NCBI GenBank assembly: GCA_012295275.1
Contig: CM022679.1
Location: 17,546,001-17,610,000 of the forward strand
DNA: 64,000 bases
Direction of reading: 5' to 3'
DNA from: Chrysomallon squamiferum
Lineage: Eukaryota; Animalia; Mollusca
Below the pieces are notes generated by a model. The model saw only the letters and a program-made list of their open reading frames with translations, was not told where the DNA came from and made no database searches. Positions 26,643-39,262 of this stretch are shown piece by piece. Positions within the stretch are counted from its first letter, which is position 1, and every line of letters starts with the position of its first letter. The position numbers and the translations under genes were made by a program.

Positions 26643-27189
26643 TATATAACCATAATAATTAACGTGGAACATTTACCCATCATCATAAACATCAGATTTA
26701 TGATGATTAAAATAAGTATAGATATTTAGAGAGATATCTGGGTAATATGCTGGCATAATGATTTGATATAAATGTCTGAAAGATTATATATCATTACAAG
26801 ACAATGGAAACACCGAAGTTTTAGGTAAGTGCTGTAAACAAAGTGTTATTTTTTCTGAAAATTAAGTTTTCATTTACTGACCACACACACACAAAAAATA
26901 CAAATAAAAACGTGCACACACACCCAGTCACAAAACCCCACTAATAATAGTCACAAAAAACCATAGTTGCACATGAACATATACATAACACCAAGCAATA
27001 TATGTATGTATGTATGTATGCATTTATGTATTTTAGTTTCAGTTGATAAAGTTACACATAGAGAGAGAGGCTGTAAACTGTTTCAAATTTTGCATACATT
27101 AGTGTTACTTCAATACAGTTACTTGCCTTCATTCACCCAGAAGCAAGCATGTTAACATCTGTATCATGAAATTCAAAAAGAAATTGAAG

Positions 27190-27600
27190 GACTGCATGTA
27201 CAGGCTTTATATATGCGGATCTAAGGTAGCTTTCAGAAGTCCAAGTCCACTGATGTTTCTCTCACATTCAGTTGTTATTACTGAAGTGTGGACAGCAATC
27301 AAAGCATTGTGTGGAGATTGGGAAAAAGGTCACTGTCGACACTGACACTGCTTGCTTTCTCTTTTCTGTTCTCCATTTAACACATGACTCATGTATTTGG
27401 ACTTTACAGTATTGACAAACCTTGAACACCATCTGGGAGTTGGAATGCAATCTCAATGTTAACAGTATTTTCCAGCACAGGCAAGTTGTGCTTTTTTAAA
27501 GCAATTCCTAATTTCAGCAAGCAGGCAATCTAAGAATGGAACTACAATGCTCTGCCTGTAGTACTCTTCAGATGTCTTTACTAGTTGACTTGAAACAGGA
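27190..27600 (-). mobile_element. Degenerate hAT transposase C-terminal relic (THAP12/ZNF862-like)
   Basis: EEYYRQSIVVPFLDCLLAEIRNCF and a decayed dimerisation-domain motif (CERNISGL..LK..YLRS). Confidence 0.6.
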
Positions 27601-30183
27601 CTAGCAGACAGACTATAGCTAATAACAAAAACTGATGAGTAAATCAGTACAAACAATACTTACAATTTCTTAGTTTTATCAGCTTAACTGGCAGTGGATG
27701 GGTAGTGGATTTTTTTGAGTCACCATGCAGAATGAAGGGACCATAGGGTACACGCATATGGACATACATTTTATTTATTTTATTATTTTGTTTTTAGCCA
27801 GTGTGGGTAGTTTCTGTAAAACTAGGAAACCTCCATAATCTGCCCCTGAAAATAATCAACTCAGTGAACTTAGGATAATGCATGAACAAGTTAATATAAA
27901 ATTGATGTTACTTTTAGAAAGGTAAATGTTTTCTTTAAAAATGAAATCACTTTTATGAAACAGATATTTGTACTCTTTCACTGCTTGACAGTTGTTATCC
28001 ATGGGATGAAGATTTTCTTTTTCTTTTTTTATGTAAAATTTTAAATCCTGTATGCATATTTCTGCTAGATGACATTTTAAGAAACTAAAATTACTATTTG
28101 ATCAAAAAACATTGTTTAACAGATCGTCATTAATTATACTTTTTTGCATAGAGAATAGTGAGACATTATTAGAGGATTACTGAGACAGACTGAAAGTGTC
28201 ACAGACAAAAACAGGGTGTTATTGAGAGAGAGTCAGAGAATTAAAGTGTCACTGAGATAATGGGAGACACTGATGATTAAGATACATTAACAATGCTGAG
28301 GCAGTGGGAAATGAAATAGAAAAATTAATGCTTTGTTAAATTCAGGATATTAATATACGTACAAAGTGACAACAGAAACGTTTTTTATGGAATTCTTGCA
28401 AGGGTTCTTTTACCATCTGTCTAGAGATGTTTAAACCTAATTAATTATTGAGTTGTGTGATAAAGATGTATATGAAACAATGCATTAATTGTATCTCTAT
28501 TCTACAAAACCTAAAAATATGCAATTTGTGCACACATATTCATGAAAAAAAATGGCTGACAAAGACCGTTGCAACCAGCTCATTTCCCCTAAGAAAACTT
28601 TCAAAAGGAAAAAACAAAATTTAAAGACATCCTTTTTCATTTTATCAAATAGAAACAGATTATGTTTTTTATTATTGTTTTCTCCTTTCTTTAAAATAAT
28701 TAATCATGAAATATTCAGAGATTTCAGAAATTACTTTCTGCACCTAAACTAATTTCAAAGAAAAGGTTAAATTCTTAAAAGTGTATATATATTTTTTTAC
28801 CATATACTAATTTGTAATAGTTTTCTAAAAAGTTTAAGGAAGGTTTGGCAATGTTTTTACCTTTTGTTAAAAGCAGCAGCTGAATTTGATTTCTGACTGT
28901 AATTACCTAAATATTTTAATAATAACAATGATAAAACTATTTTAATACTAAATGTTTGAGAGGTTCCAAGATTAGTTGATCTGATTATTCAATTTATACA
29001 AAACATATTCTTCTAAAATAATAATAGTAATAATAATTGGTCATGTATTTGAATTACTGTAAATATCCTATGAAATAATGCATTACAAAAATACTCACTA
29101 GTTTATTTGCTGTTACAACAAATGATCAGCAACAAATGTTTTTACCAAAAAAAAAGTTAAATAAATGTAACAGACACAGTTTATAATTAGCAATTATAAT
29201 GACTTAAACACAAACTTCTGATAATAAATAGTTTCAGTTATTTTAAACAGAAATATATTTCTAACATTTCTTAAATATATTAAATGAAATACTCTTATAA
29301 ACTATAACTTGAAGTTTTTATCTGATCTGGTCATGTCTTGGAATGTCTGTATCTTAAAATGTTTAAGTAAAATGAAAAATAATAAATAAATAAATAAATA
29401 AATAATAATAATAATGATAATAATAATAATCATGATTGAAAAAAAATAAAAAGAAGATATACAACAATATACAAAATAAATTACTGTAACTATGATTTAA
29501 AAAAATAATAATCAATAATTTTTAACATTTTTGAAACAATTTCAGTATTCATTTCAGTATGATGTGAATTATAAATTATTATCACAAATGATCTGGTTCC
29601 TGATTCTTATAAGTGATTTCAACAGTGACATGTAATACAAAAACAAATTCATGAAACAGATGAATAAATGGATAAATCTAAAATGTTTTCACTGAAGTCT
29701 GGGCTTTGTACATTTGTTATATTCATATTGCTGCTTACGTGAATCTGGTCAATGTTAACACTGCTGTTTAGCACAGTAAACACATATTTAAAACACTGGC
29801 ATTTGTGATGAACTATTTTCTGTATCTGCAACTCCACTGTAAAGCAATAAAAATGAAATTGCTTGAAAAACAATCATGTCAAATCATGAGGAAAACCAAC
29901 CCTCTTACCTACAGTATATAAATCTGACGAAATACTGTAATAATTTAACAAAGCTTGACAACACAGACTAAAATTTTAAAATCTGTAACATATAAGAAAA
30001 TAATGAAAACTAATAATTGTAACATTTCACAAAGATTATAACCAAAATAACCATATTAATTGTTACAGTGAATACCATAAATGTTCTGAAAAACTAATTT
30101 TTAAAGCTTTAGTGTGGAGTAAGGCATCAAATTGTACAACAAAGACAGCTTTTATCAGCAATCAGCCACAAATGAATAAATTT

Positions 30184-33100
30184 TCATTTTCTTCTATAAT
30201 CGGATAGCACAGCTGTTTCATTCTCAAGTACTGTCACATGTTCACATTGCTGAAACAAAGAAAATAACTTTACTGTACATATATTTATAAACAACATAAT
30301 AGAAAAATTTGGTGATTAACATATAACTGTTTTAATCAAAATCTATATACTGGAATGAATTATTTGTATTTAAGACCACTGAATTAAGGCTCGAGCAATA
30401 CAATTCTGAGAAACAAATAATTACAAGTAACATGAAGCAATCTTTTACTGATTAAAAACTGAATATATAGGTCACATTCCTTCCTGCAGAATAAAGTAAG
30501 ATATACATTTTATCTGATATTTTAACATTTTAAAGATTTACCTCAAAAAGAGGAGGCTCTTTGTTATGATAATGAAATCCTTTTTCTTTACATTTTCCTA
30601 TAGTGTCAAGCCCTCTGTCTGTTGTTAGACGGAAGATACCTGTTCTGTAAATACATTACAAAATATTAAATTGTCATCCAACTTTTTTTATTTTTTTATT
30701 ATTATTTTAGGAGGGGCTCACCCAAAATAATTTATTTTTTTAACATTCTGCAAACTACATAAAAATCACTAACATCATCTGCTTACAGTTTCTGGCTATA
30801 AAATTTTGGTTGTTGTTTTTGGATCATCTTCTTGAGTTTGCCAGCCATGCTTACTTGATAACAGACTATTAGTCCATGTGACAGGTCGAACTTATATACC
30901 AAACTGATGAACAGATCCAATATGGATATTGGTAAAATAGCTACAACTTTTGACCAAAATTGCTTAGGAACCATGCAGTTTTGACTATGTTGTTCTATAT
31001 AAAATTCTGCACATACTGATATATAGTTATTTATAATACATTTACTAAAATCAATAAATCTGGCTGAAAAAGACAGAATTTTCCTACTTTTTTTTTTATG
31101 ACATAACTCAAGAAATTTTTTTTCATTTTTAATTAAGGCATCTTCAGGCCAATTATTCTCTAAGTGAACCAACACCTTGCTCCCACTATCATTCCCCAGC
31201 ATAGCTCAAAAGCAAAATTAAAAAACAAATAACTGAGAATACAAAGCTTTCACTGTTATAAAATCAATACTTAGAAAATGTTTATTCAAATTTTTGTTGT
31301 TTTAGAAGGTTTAACATATAAATCAGTTCATCATGGAAAAGAAATATTACAGTTAAAAATAATAATAATAAAACAAAAACAAAGAAATCTCAGAGATATT
31401 TTTATGTCACCTACTCTTGAAATTTGGGAGAGTGAACAATGGCAATAGCTTCTGGTAGCATCTTCTGATAGGGAAACTGTGAGTGTAGATCAACACTTGA
31501 AAGAAATGCTGTCTGTGTTGGGTGGGTCTGTAAGATAAATAACCACTTACTTTAATCCTGAACATCTACTGCTGGAAAAAAATAATATGAAACAGAACAT
31601 GTTTTAATTTCATTTTCAGAATTTCTACAAATAAAAAGTTGTGTAAGTAAATTTTAATAACTAAAATAATTCTTTAATTTTGTTGCTGATCAAGATATGG
31701 TCCCAGTTTACAGTGAAATGTAAAATAATAAATTATTTAATTATTGGGTCTGTGAGCTATGGAAGTTTTGAAATGGTGGTGTTTCACTAGATATTTTAGA
31801 TAAGTGTAAAAGAAAAGATTGTTTACATGAATCCAGCCCAATGTTATAAGATTACGTTTGTCTTGATAATCTATCAGATCTTCCTCAAACTCCATGTCAC
31901 AGCTATCAGGTGTACCCCTTTGGTGAGGTATAAACAAGTTGGTGATGTGAAATTCATTTTTAGACTGAAAAAGAAAATTAAAAATTTATATAAAATGCCC
32001 TTTAAACTTAAATTTAAAACATACATGTTAAATATACTCTCCCAAAAAAGAAATGCAAAATGGTTGATTTCTTAGATAACTATTGTAAACTGACACATAT
32101 CAATGTACACACTATGAATATAATGACATTTGGTGATTCAAACATATAGCTTTTGTTACAGTCACCAAAAAGCAGGTAACACAAAATAAAGGTTATGGTC
32201 GTGTTTATTAGCCAAAACATCCCCGCATGCAAAACACATTACCAGTGCATGTTCATGTGCGGCACATGAAACTTGAATACGAGGGTTATAAAAATGCAAG
32301 GTTTCTGAATACTTCTGTTCGTTATTTTTGTTCTGACCCAACATCAAACAAATGCCACAACTGAGTGAATGCATCGAAACAACGCCATCGGCCATTTACA
32401 AGCTGGCGAATCCTTCTCAGCCATAGCCTGGATGTTCCACGTATCCCCAAGCATCATCTTGAGAATATGGTATCAGTTCCAGCAACACCAAACACATGAC
32501 CGTCCCAGATCTGGGAATCCATGTGTAACCACCAGGGCCCAAGACTGCTAAATACAGGTACTTCATCTACGGGAAAAAACCCATAATGGCAACCTCTACT
32601 GCTTCAGGAATACCAGGTCTGCATAGAATATTGGCTCAGACAGTGCGCAATCATTTACGCGAGGCAGGTATTCGAGCCAACATCATCGACTACGATGTCA
32701 GTGGTGTCAAGTGCACAGAGTCTGGCCTCAATTATGATGGAAAACTGTCTGGTTTAGAGATGAAGCTCAATTTCTGCTTCATTGAGCTGATGGAAGATGT
32801 CGAGTTTACAGATGTCGAGGTGAATGTTTTGCTGCAAACTGCATACAGGAAGCGGACAGATTTGGCAATGATAGTGTGATGGTGTGGGCAGCAATCTCAT
32901 ACACTGGCAGGACCAACCTGGTTCACATCCAATGGCACAGAGATACCAAGATGATATTTTGCAGCCACATGTTGCTCCAATTATGAATAACGGCAACACT
33001 GTATTCCAGCACGACAATGCGAGACCACAAACAGCCAGACTCACGTACCTACACAACAATAACATTCAGGTCCTGCCCTGGCCCTGTAAATCTCCGGATT

Positions 33101-36100
33101 TGAACCCTACAGAGCATTTATGGGACGAGTTGGATAGACAACTGAGGCAGCATCAACCACAGCCACAGAATCGTGCTCAGTTGGCATTATTACTACAGAC
33201 AGAGTGGGCCACCATTCCACAAGGTTAAATTCGTAATGTCCTTACTGCCATGGGAAGGAGATGTTCTGGACTCCCATGGAGTGCTACAAGGTACTGATAT
33301 TATACTGTTATAACCTTCAACTTTAACCTTTTCAATATTAATGAATTGCAAAAGTGTGTGTAAAATGTGAACATTCTGCTGCATTTTGTTGATCCATTAG
33401 ATAGATATTCCCAATGTCAATAAAATCTACTTTTGCGTTTCTTTTTCGTTAGAGTATATATTCGTGATCTATACAAATAATATTTGTTTAGTGTTTATAA
33501 ATTCAAACAATTCTTCTTCTTGGAATATCATAAAATTGAAAAAAAATGAAAAAAAAAAAAAAAAAAAAGACTTTTGTCATCACTGTGTAAACCTGGTACA
33601 TTCTATTTACCTTTTCTCCCTTTGTTTCTTTTTTTTAAAAATCTTGGATAGAAACTTTCCATGTTATTAACATTTACAGTTCATGAATATTACCTGTTAT
33701 CAGTGACAAATTTTTCTGTTAGGTATAATTGTCTCAATTCACTTACCCTAAGATAAACATTATTACGTACTAATATTCTGCATTTAAAATTCCACATTCA
33801 TGATAACCATAACCTTTAATACTTAAATTTTAATTCAGCATTTATTTGTGATGAAAGTTTATAGATTTATCACACATACCAAAGAGCCAAAAAGAATGCC
33901 TAAAGTTTCTACATTCCTATCAGTATTGGGCTGGGCAAGTGCTGTGAACTGTATGATCAAGTCTCTTGGTACAGTGACATGTCGCAGTCCAGTTGCACCA
34001 AATGCACTATTGAAATGGTCGATCAGTGCTGGTTTTGTTGTCCTGTCTACAGATGGACTTGGTCCACTAGGAAATTATTATACTTATTTATTTTTGTAAT
34101 TTATAAAGAGTAATAAATAAATAAACAAAATAGATTTCACAAAATTAAGAAGAAAACATTCTCGACCAATAACACATAAAGAAAAGCTCAAACTTAAACA
34201 GTAAATTAAAATTGTATTTTGATTCAGATATTTAACTGTATTTTGTAATAAAATTTCCAACAAAATATTACTCATTAGAATATTACATTTTAAAAGAACA
34301 TCAACAACATTTTAAGTCAAAAATAAAATCTAATAAAAAAATTAAAGTATTTTTTCTCACCTAGGAATATCATTAATTGTTAGATTTTTCTTCAGCTCTC
34401 TGTCTGGTACATGTGGAACAGCATAGTCTTGTGTGGTAGGCTGTATGAAGGGTTCATAACCAAGGTCATTGGGCACAAATTCTAATGTACCTGAAGGCAC
34501 AGTTGGTCGTTCATTGTTTAAACCACTAAGATTAGACACACTGTTTTTGGCCATACTTTTCTTATCATCTGCTTGGGAAGCCTTTTTACGTTCCTCTTCT
34601 TGCAGTTCATGATAGCGTGCCTCTTGTTCTTTCATCCACTGCTCCTCAGATTCCAACTTTTGTTTCTTCAATAAAGCAAGTTCTTCCTGTTGAAGTCTTT
34701 CTTCTTCTTGTCTACGTTTTTCTTCTTCTATGGCCAATTCTTCTTTGCGTTTTCTCTGAAATTGTTAATATGGCTGACGTTCTGGAAACAGTTAATAAAA
34801 ACTACTCCTACATATTCTTATCTATATTACTGAATAACTAACTTGATTTCTGGACCTATGTTATTCACCACTGGGTGTTGACAATCACTACAGTTAAAAA
34901 AAAAGACAGGATATTTCACAGAGAAATGTGTTGTTTGATAAATTTGAAAAGCACCATGTGATAAGTTGTAAGTTTGAAGACATTGTGACACTGAACAAGA
35001 ATGCTATCAACTGGAAACAATGGCACTGCTTCCTGAATCTTCACTATATATAATGTTTTAAAAAGCAAGAAAATTTAAAGATGACTACAAAGAGAAAGGC
35101 TAACAAGTACTGTGCCAAAATGTTTGTGTGTAGTCAGGGTTGGGATAATTCGTAACTGTACTTCATAATTGGAATTAAACTTAACTGACCATCATAATGA
35201 TAGTATTAATCAGATACCAGTTTTTGCACAATTTAAAATGACAAAACTCTCAATAATGTGGATATATGTAATATTAATATGACATCTTTACAATATGTAT
35301 ACGGCAAACTTAATAATGACTTACATCAGTGCTTGTTCAGTTATGTTCTTAAATGTCAGATTAAGTTATTATTATGGTTTCATACATGTGATGTCATTAC
35401 AAGCTCATCATTTCAGTGTAGTAATTGTTTTTTATCCACTCCACCAAAATACAAATATAAAATTATCAACCCTAAATTAAAGACTGACAACAAATGTCCT
35501 TGTCATTTTGTGTGAATGTTAGTAATTATCTCATTGGCTCCACTGAAAATAAATAATAATCAAAGAATAATATTCAAAAAGTTAACGTAATTATTCTTTC
35601 AACAGAACAAAACAAAAATACAAACTTCAAATTCTTTACGCTTTTTCTGTTCTTCTTTATATTTCTGTTTAAGCTTAGACTTAATTTCTTCTGCCAAAGG
35701 AAATACCTGTTTCACTTTCTGTAAAAAAATAAATAAAAATTAAAAATTAAATAAAGTAAAATAAGAACATGAACATGCAAACAACAATAACAATAACAGA
35801 ACTATTCCTTTTCTAAATTTTGAATGATTTAAAACTTCAAAACCATATTAATTCACTGTGATCTGATGATGCAAATGTAGAAAAAATAAATAAATTTATT
35901 TAAATTCCCAATCTTATTTTTAAAATGGAAGAGAATCTGATTTAATATTTTTAGCAAGTAAAGGTTAACAGGAGATTCATTTACATATTCAGCTATCTAT
36001 TTCTAAACATATAATTTAAAACATATCCCTTCTATAGGTGAAATTTTATTATAAAATATTAATTTACAATTACCTTCTTAACTTCTTGAACATCTTTTGC

Positions 36101-36732
36101 TGATACAGTTCGATAATCAGGATGAGTAGGCAGTTGTTCAATAAACAATCTGAAAACAAATTTATCTGTTTTGAATAATCTAATATTGCTACATATTGGC
36201 TGTAAGCATTTCCTTGTTAGAGAATTACTGTGACAAATTAAAGTTATATTTCAAGATGTTAAACTGAATTGTCAGTATATTATCTTTATTTATATAATGT
36301 TATTTATAATGTTTGAATGTTTGAAATGGTAGGGATGCACAAATCAGATGTACATACCTGTAGGGTAAACCAAAAATAGGTTTTAGGAAATAATTATTTA
36401 TTACCAAACGAGCTCCCAATAAAATTAGTTAAAAAAATACACGAGATGTTCAAATATGTCTGTTAGTACTGCTATACTTAAAACTAAATTAAGAAATTTT
36501 GAAAACGGTGATAAACTCACGTGATATACTTGGAATAAAGAACAAAAGCACTTTCGAAATTTCCTTCATCCAAATATACAGTAGCCATTCTTATCATCTC
36601 ACGACCTGTTCTGAAATACAATCGAGGTGGAATGGTTTTGTCCACTTCAACATGAGATCCATACTCACAGAGTGCCCGGACACGTGCAGCAGGATCCTCA
36701 ATGTGAGAGAAAAGATTAACCACACTGGCCAT
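30184..36732 (-). CDS. STAMBP: STAM-binding protein / AMSH, K63 JAMM deubiquitinase. Exons 36732-36521, 36149-36074, 35718-35626, 34755-34361, 34066-33880, 31964-31827, 31527-31415, 30644-30542, 30249-30184
   Basis: USP8-dimer/MIT N-terminus ([47 protein letters not shown]). SH3-binding motif [13 protein letters not shown] motifs VETLGIL and [20 protein letters not shown]. Structural zinc motif C..KGFHYH. Confidence 0.96.
32035..33456 (+). mobile_element. Tc1 (DD34E-type) transposon with a frameshifted transposase, inside a STAMBP intron on the opposite strand
   Basis: TIRs tactctcccaaaaaagaaatgcaaaa / ttttgcgtttctttttcgttagagta with TA on both sides. HTH region ([31 protein letters not shown]) and catalytic region [26 protein letters not shown]. 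Confidence 0.92.
36300..36395. repeat. Arm 1 of a ~96-bp inverted repeat (partner 38812-38908)
   Basis: tatttataatgtttgaatgttt..aaatggtagggatgcacaaatcagatgtacatacctgtagg.taaaccaaaaataggttttaggaaataatt is the reverse complement of 38812-38908 with few differences. Confidence 0.9.
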
Positions 36733-37166
36733 GATATCTGTTAAAAAAAAAATGAAACATGAAATGTAACCAAACTGCAATAAATGTACCTGTAGTGTGT
36801 GACTAATCAAATAAATTAAGAAATGAAGTTTTTTAATTATTTGGCTTAAATTATTACGAATTTTATTTATTTATTTTTTTTTTTTTTTTCATACATTATC
36901 ATTACTTTAATTTTTGTGTTTGTTTATTTAAAAAATGGTTTGTTATTAATGCTTTCCTATTCAATCCCTAAACATAAAGAATCATAAAAAAAAAAAAAAA
37001 CAAATACATTCTTTGTAAATTAAAAACATACTAAGATTGTATAATTTACATTTAAGCTAAAGTATGACATGATAACAATATATTATACTCCACAACAAAA
37101 GCAAAATTATAACTATATTCTCTAACTTCAAACATTTCCTTTTAACAATTAGCAAATTTAAGTGTA

Positions 37167-37900
37167 CAGTATACCCTCACCTGTTCGCGGTTCCCCATTC
37201 GCGGCCCCGCATATTTGCGGGTTAGGCTCTTAACCCTATCATATCGTATGCTGGTATACCAGGCTAGCGTCATAACATCATAAAAACAAATGCTCAGTAA
37301 ACTGCACAAACAATATCAAATTTGTTCAATTATTATAGTACAGTACGTATTTTTTTTATAAATGCATACACTGTATATACAGTGCATATTTTTTGTGACC
37401 GTGTATTAATAATGTTTTTAATTGCATATTATTACTGAATTGTATTATTATTACCTGAACTGTGCGTACTGTATTTATCTGTCTGTTTTGCCTTTAAATT
37501 TGTTCCACTTTCTGTCAATTCTAATACATATGTTGTACACATAGAAAATGACTTTACGGTACAGTAATACTGTATGGGTAACTATGCTATGCAGTGTTAC
37601 TGTCCTCCTGTACTTACGTTTCTTTCTGATTAAAATATTGTTTCAGTACAAAATTAAAATGTGTTTACATTATCATTACTACATTAGTGAAATACATAAC
37701 TGCATGCAAAATTACTACATTATTACTGTATTAATGAGTAAGAGTGTCTTTAGAAAGTGTTTGGGAAGCATTTAGTACCGTATATAATCTCATAATGATA
37801 ATAGACGTTTTAAAACTGCATCCAATATTCGCGGTTTTTCGCTATTCGCGATGGGGGGGGGTAAAGGAACGTAAACCCCGCGAATAGCGAGGGAATACTG
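37167..37900. mobile_element. pogo/Tigger-type MITE (~734 bp) in the inferred STAMBP 5'UTR intron
   Basis: TIRs cagtataccctcacctgttcgcgg / ccgcgaatagcgagggaatactg, TA target duplication, subterminal ttcgcgg repeats. Confidence 0.88.
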
Positions 37901-38057
37901 TACCTCTTTTAGTCTTTAGAATAATTTATATTTTAACTTAATTTTGAAGTATATAATTCATTAATTGTGGTGGTCGTGGTTGTTCTGCAGTATAAATTAC
38001 TAATAAAGCTTCTGTTTGTAAGTGAATAAGATTATTATAAAATAATAATAATAATAA

Positions 38058-38092
<35 letters not shown>

Positions 38093-38232
38093 GGAAACAC
38101 ACATTAATTGTGTAACTATAACTTCGGGAGTCGTTCAACAAAATCACCGATTCTGTATGCAATGTTATACTGTCAGGTGCTTTATCCAGTTTATCGTCAT
38201 AATCATCATGTATTGTTTTGCAGAATATTTAC

Positions 38233-39262
38233 CATATATGTACTGTATCAACGTTATATACTGTGACAAAATATACAATATCTCTTCTTAACGCATCTCT
38301 TTAATAATTGCCATTTGGTTACATTTTGATTAACTCATCGTCAACTTCCGGTGAGTAAATAACAGAACATAAGATTTAAATAACTATTCGGGCCACAATT
38401 AACATTGAAAATGCGGACAAAAAAAAAAAAAAAAAAAAAGTATGTTTGTGGGTATATATATTGGTGATACAAACAAATAGTGTAATTATTTTGTTCATAT
38501 TTCTATGTTATAGTTTCTTTTTCCTAATTTGAAAGTATCAAAATGTGTTGTGCCTGGAGTTAATCCTGTAAAAAATAAATGTCACAGTGATAAACAGATA
38601 AATAATCATTATTAAAGATAGGCCAGATATCGCTCTATATTCATGAACAACGGCATATTAAAATATTTGATCATTCTTTGACAAGAGCTAAATCGTCCAA
38701 GAATGCAATACAAGACCTATTCAGGCTATTGCTTGTACTGAACGAGAGGGAATTTTGTCCGATGTCACGTGATTATATCTAGTGTTTATTTCTGATCTTA
38801 TTGAAAGAGAAAATTATTTCCTAAAACCTATTTTTGGTTTATCCTACAGGTATGTACATCTGATTTGTGCATCCCTACCATTTTTAAACATTCAAACATT
38901 ATAAATAAATTAAAATATATAAATAAATAAATAATAACAATAACAAGAAGTTAGTACATTTACACTTGGACCTTATCTAAGTCAAATGTAATTTTTTTTT
39001 TTTTTTTTTTTTTTTAGAAAACTCCAAAATATAACATATAATGATATCTTGGAGTCAGCAAACAAATATGTATTATAGTATTACTATTAATACTATAACA
39101 TATTTTTAAAAATTATTGATCGGCCCGCTGCTGATAGTTAAATATACTAATATAGTACATTCGAATTTTTACACCGTTTACAAATCATGTGATTTTATTA
39201 GTCACATGATTATTTTTTTTTTTTTTTTTTTGTGTGTGATTTCTTTTCTTGCTGTTTGTAAA
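38233..39262. promoter_or_regulatory. Divergent STAMBP/FUCA promoter region with an ETS site and MiT/TFE (CLEAR-like) boxes
   Basis: ACTTCCGG 38344-38351, GTCACGTGAT 38764-38773, ATCATGTGAT 39184-39193, GTCACATGAT 39201-39210. Candidate STAMBP 5'UTR donor (G|GTAAAT, minus) at 38232. Confidence 0.55.
38812..38908. repeat. Arm 2 of the ~96-bp inverted repeat (partner 36300-36395)
   Basis: Reverse complement of 36300-36395. Confidence 0.9.

Noticed and set aside
26700-26780. C/D box snoRNA-like ATGATGA...CTGA
   Set aside because: No canonical terminal stem, no rRNA-complementary guide that I could recognise, and no plus-strand host intron.
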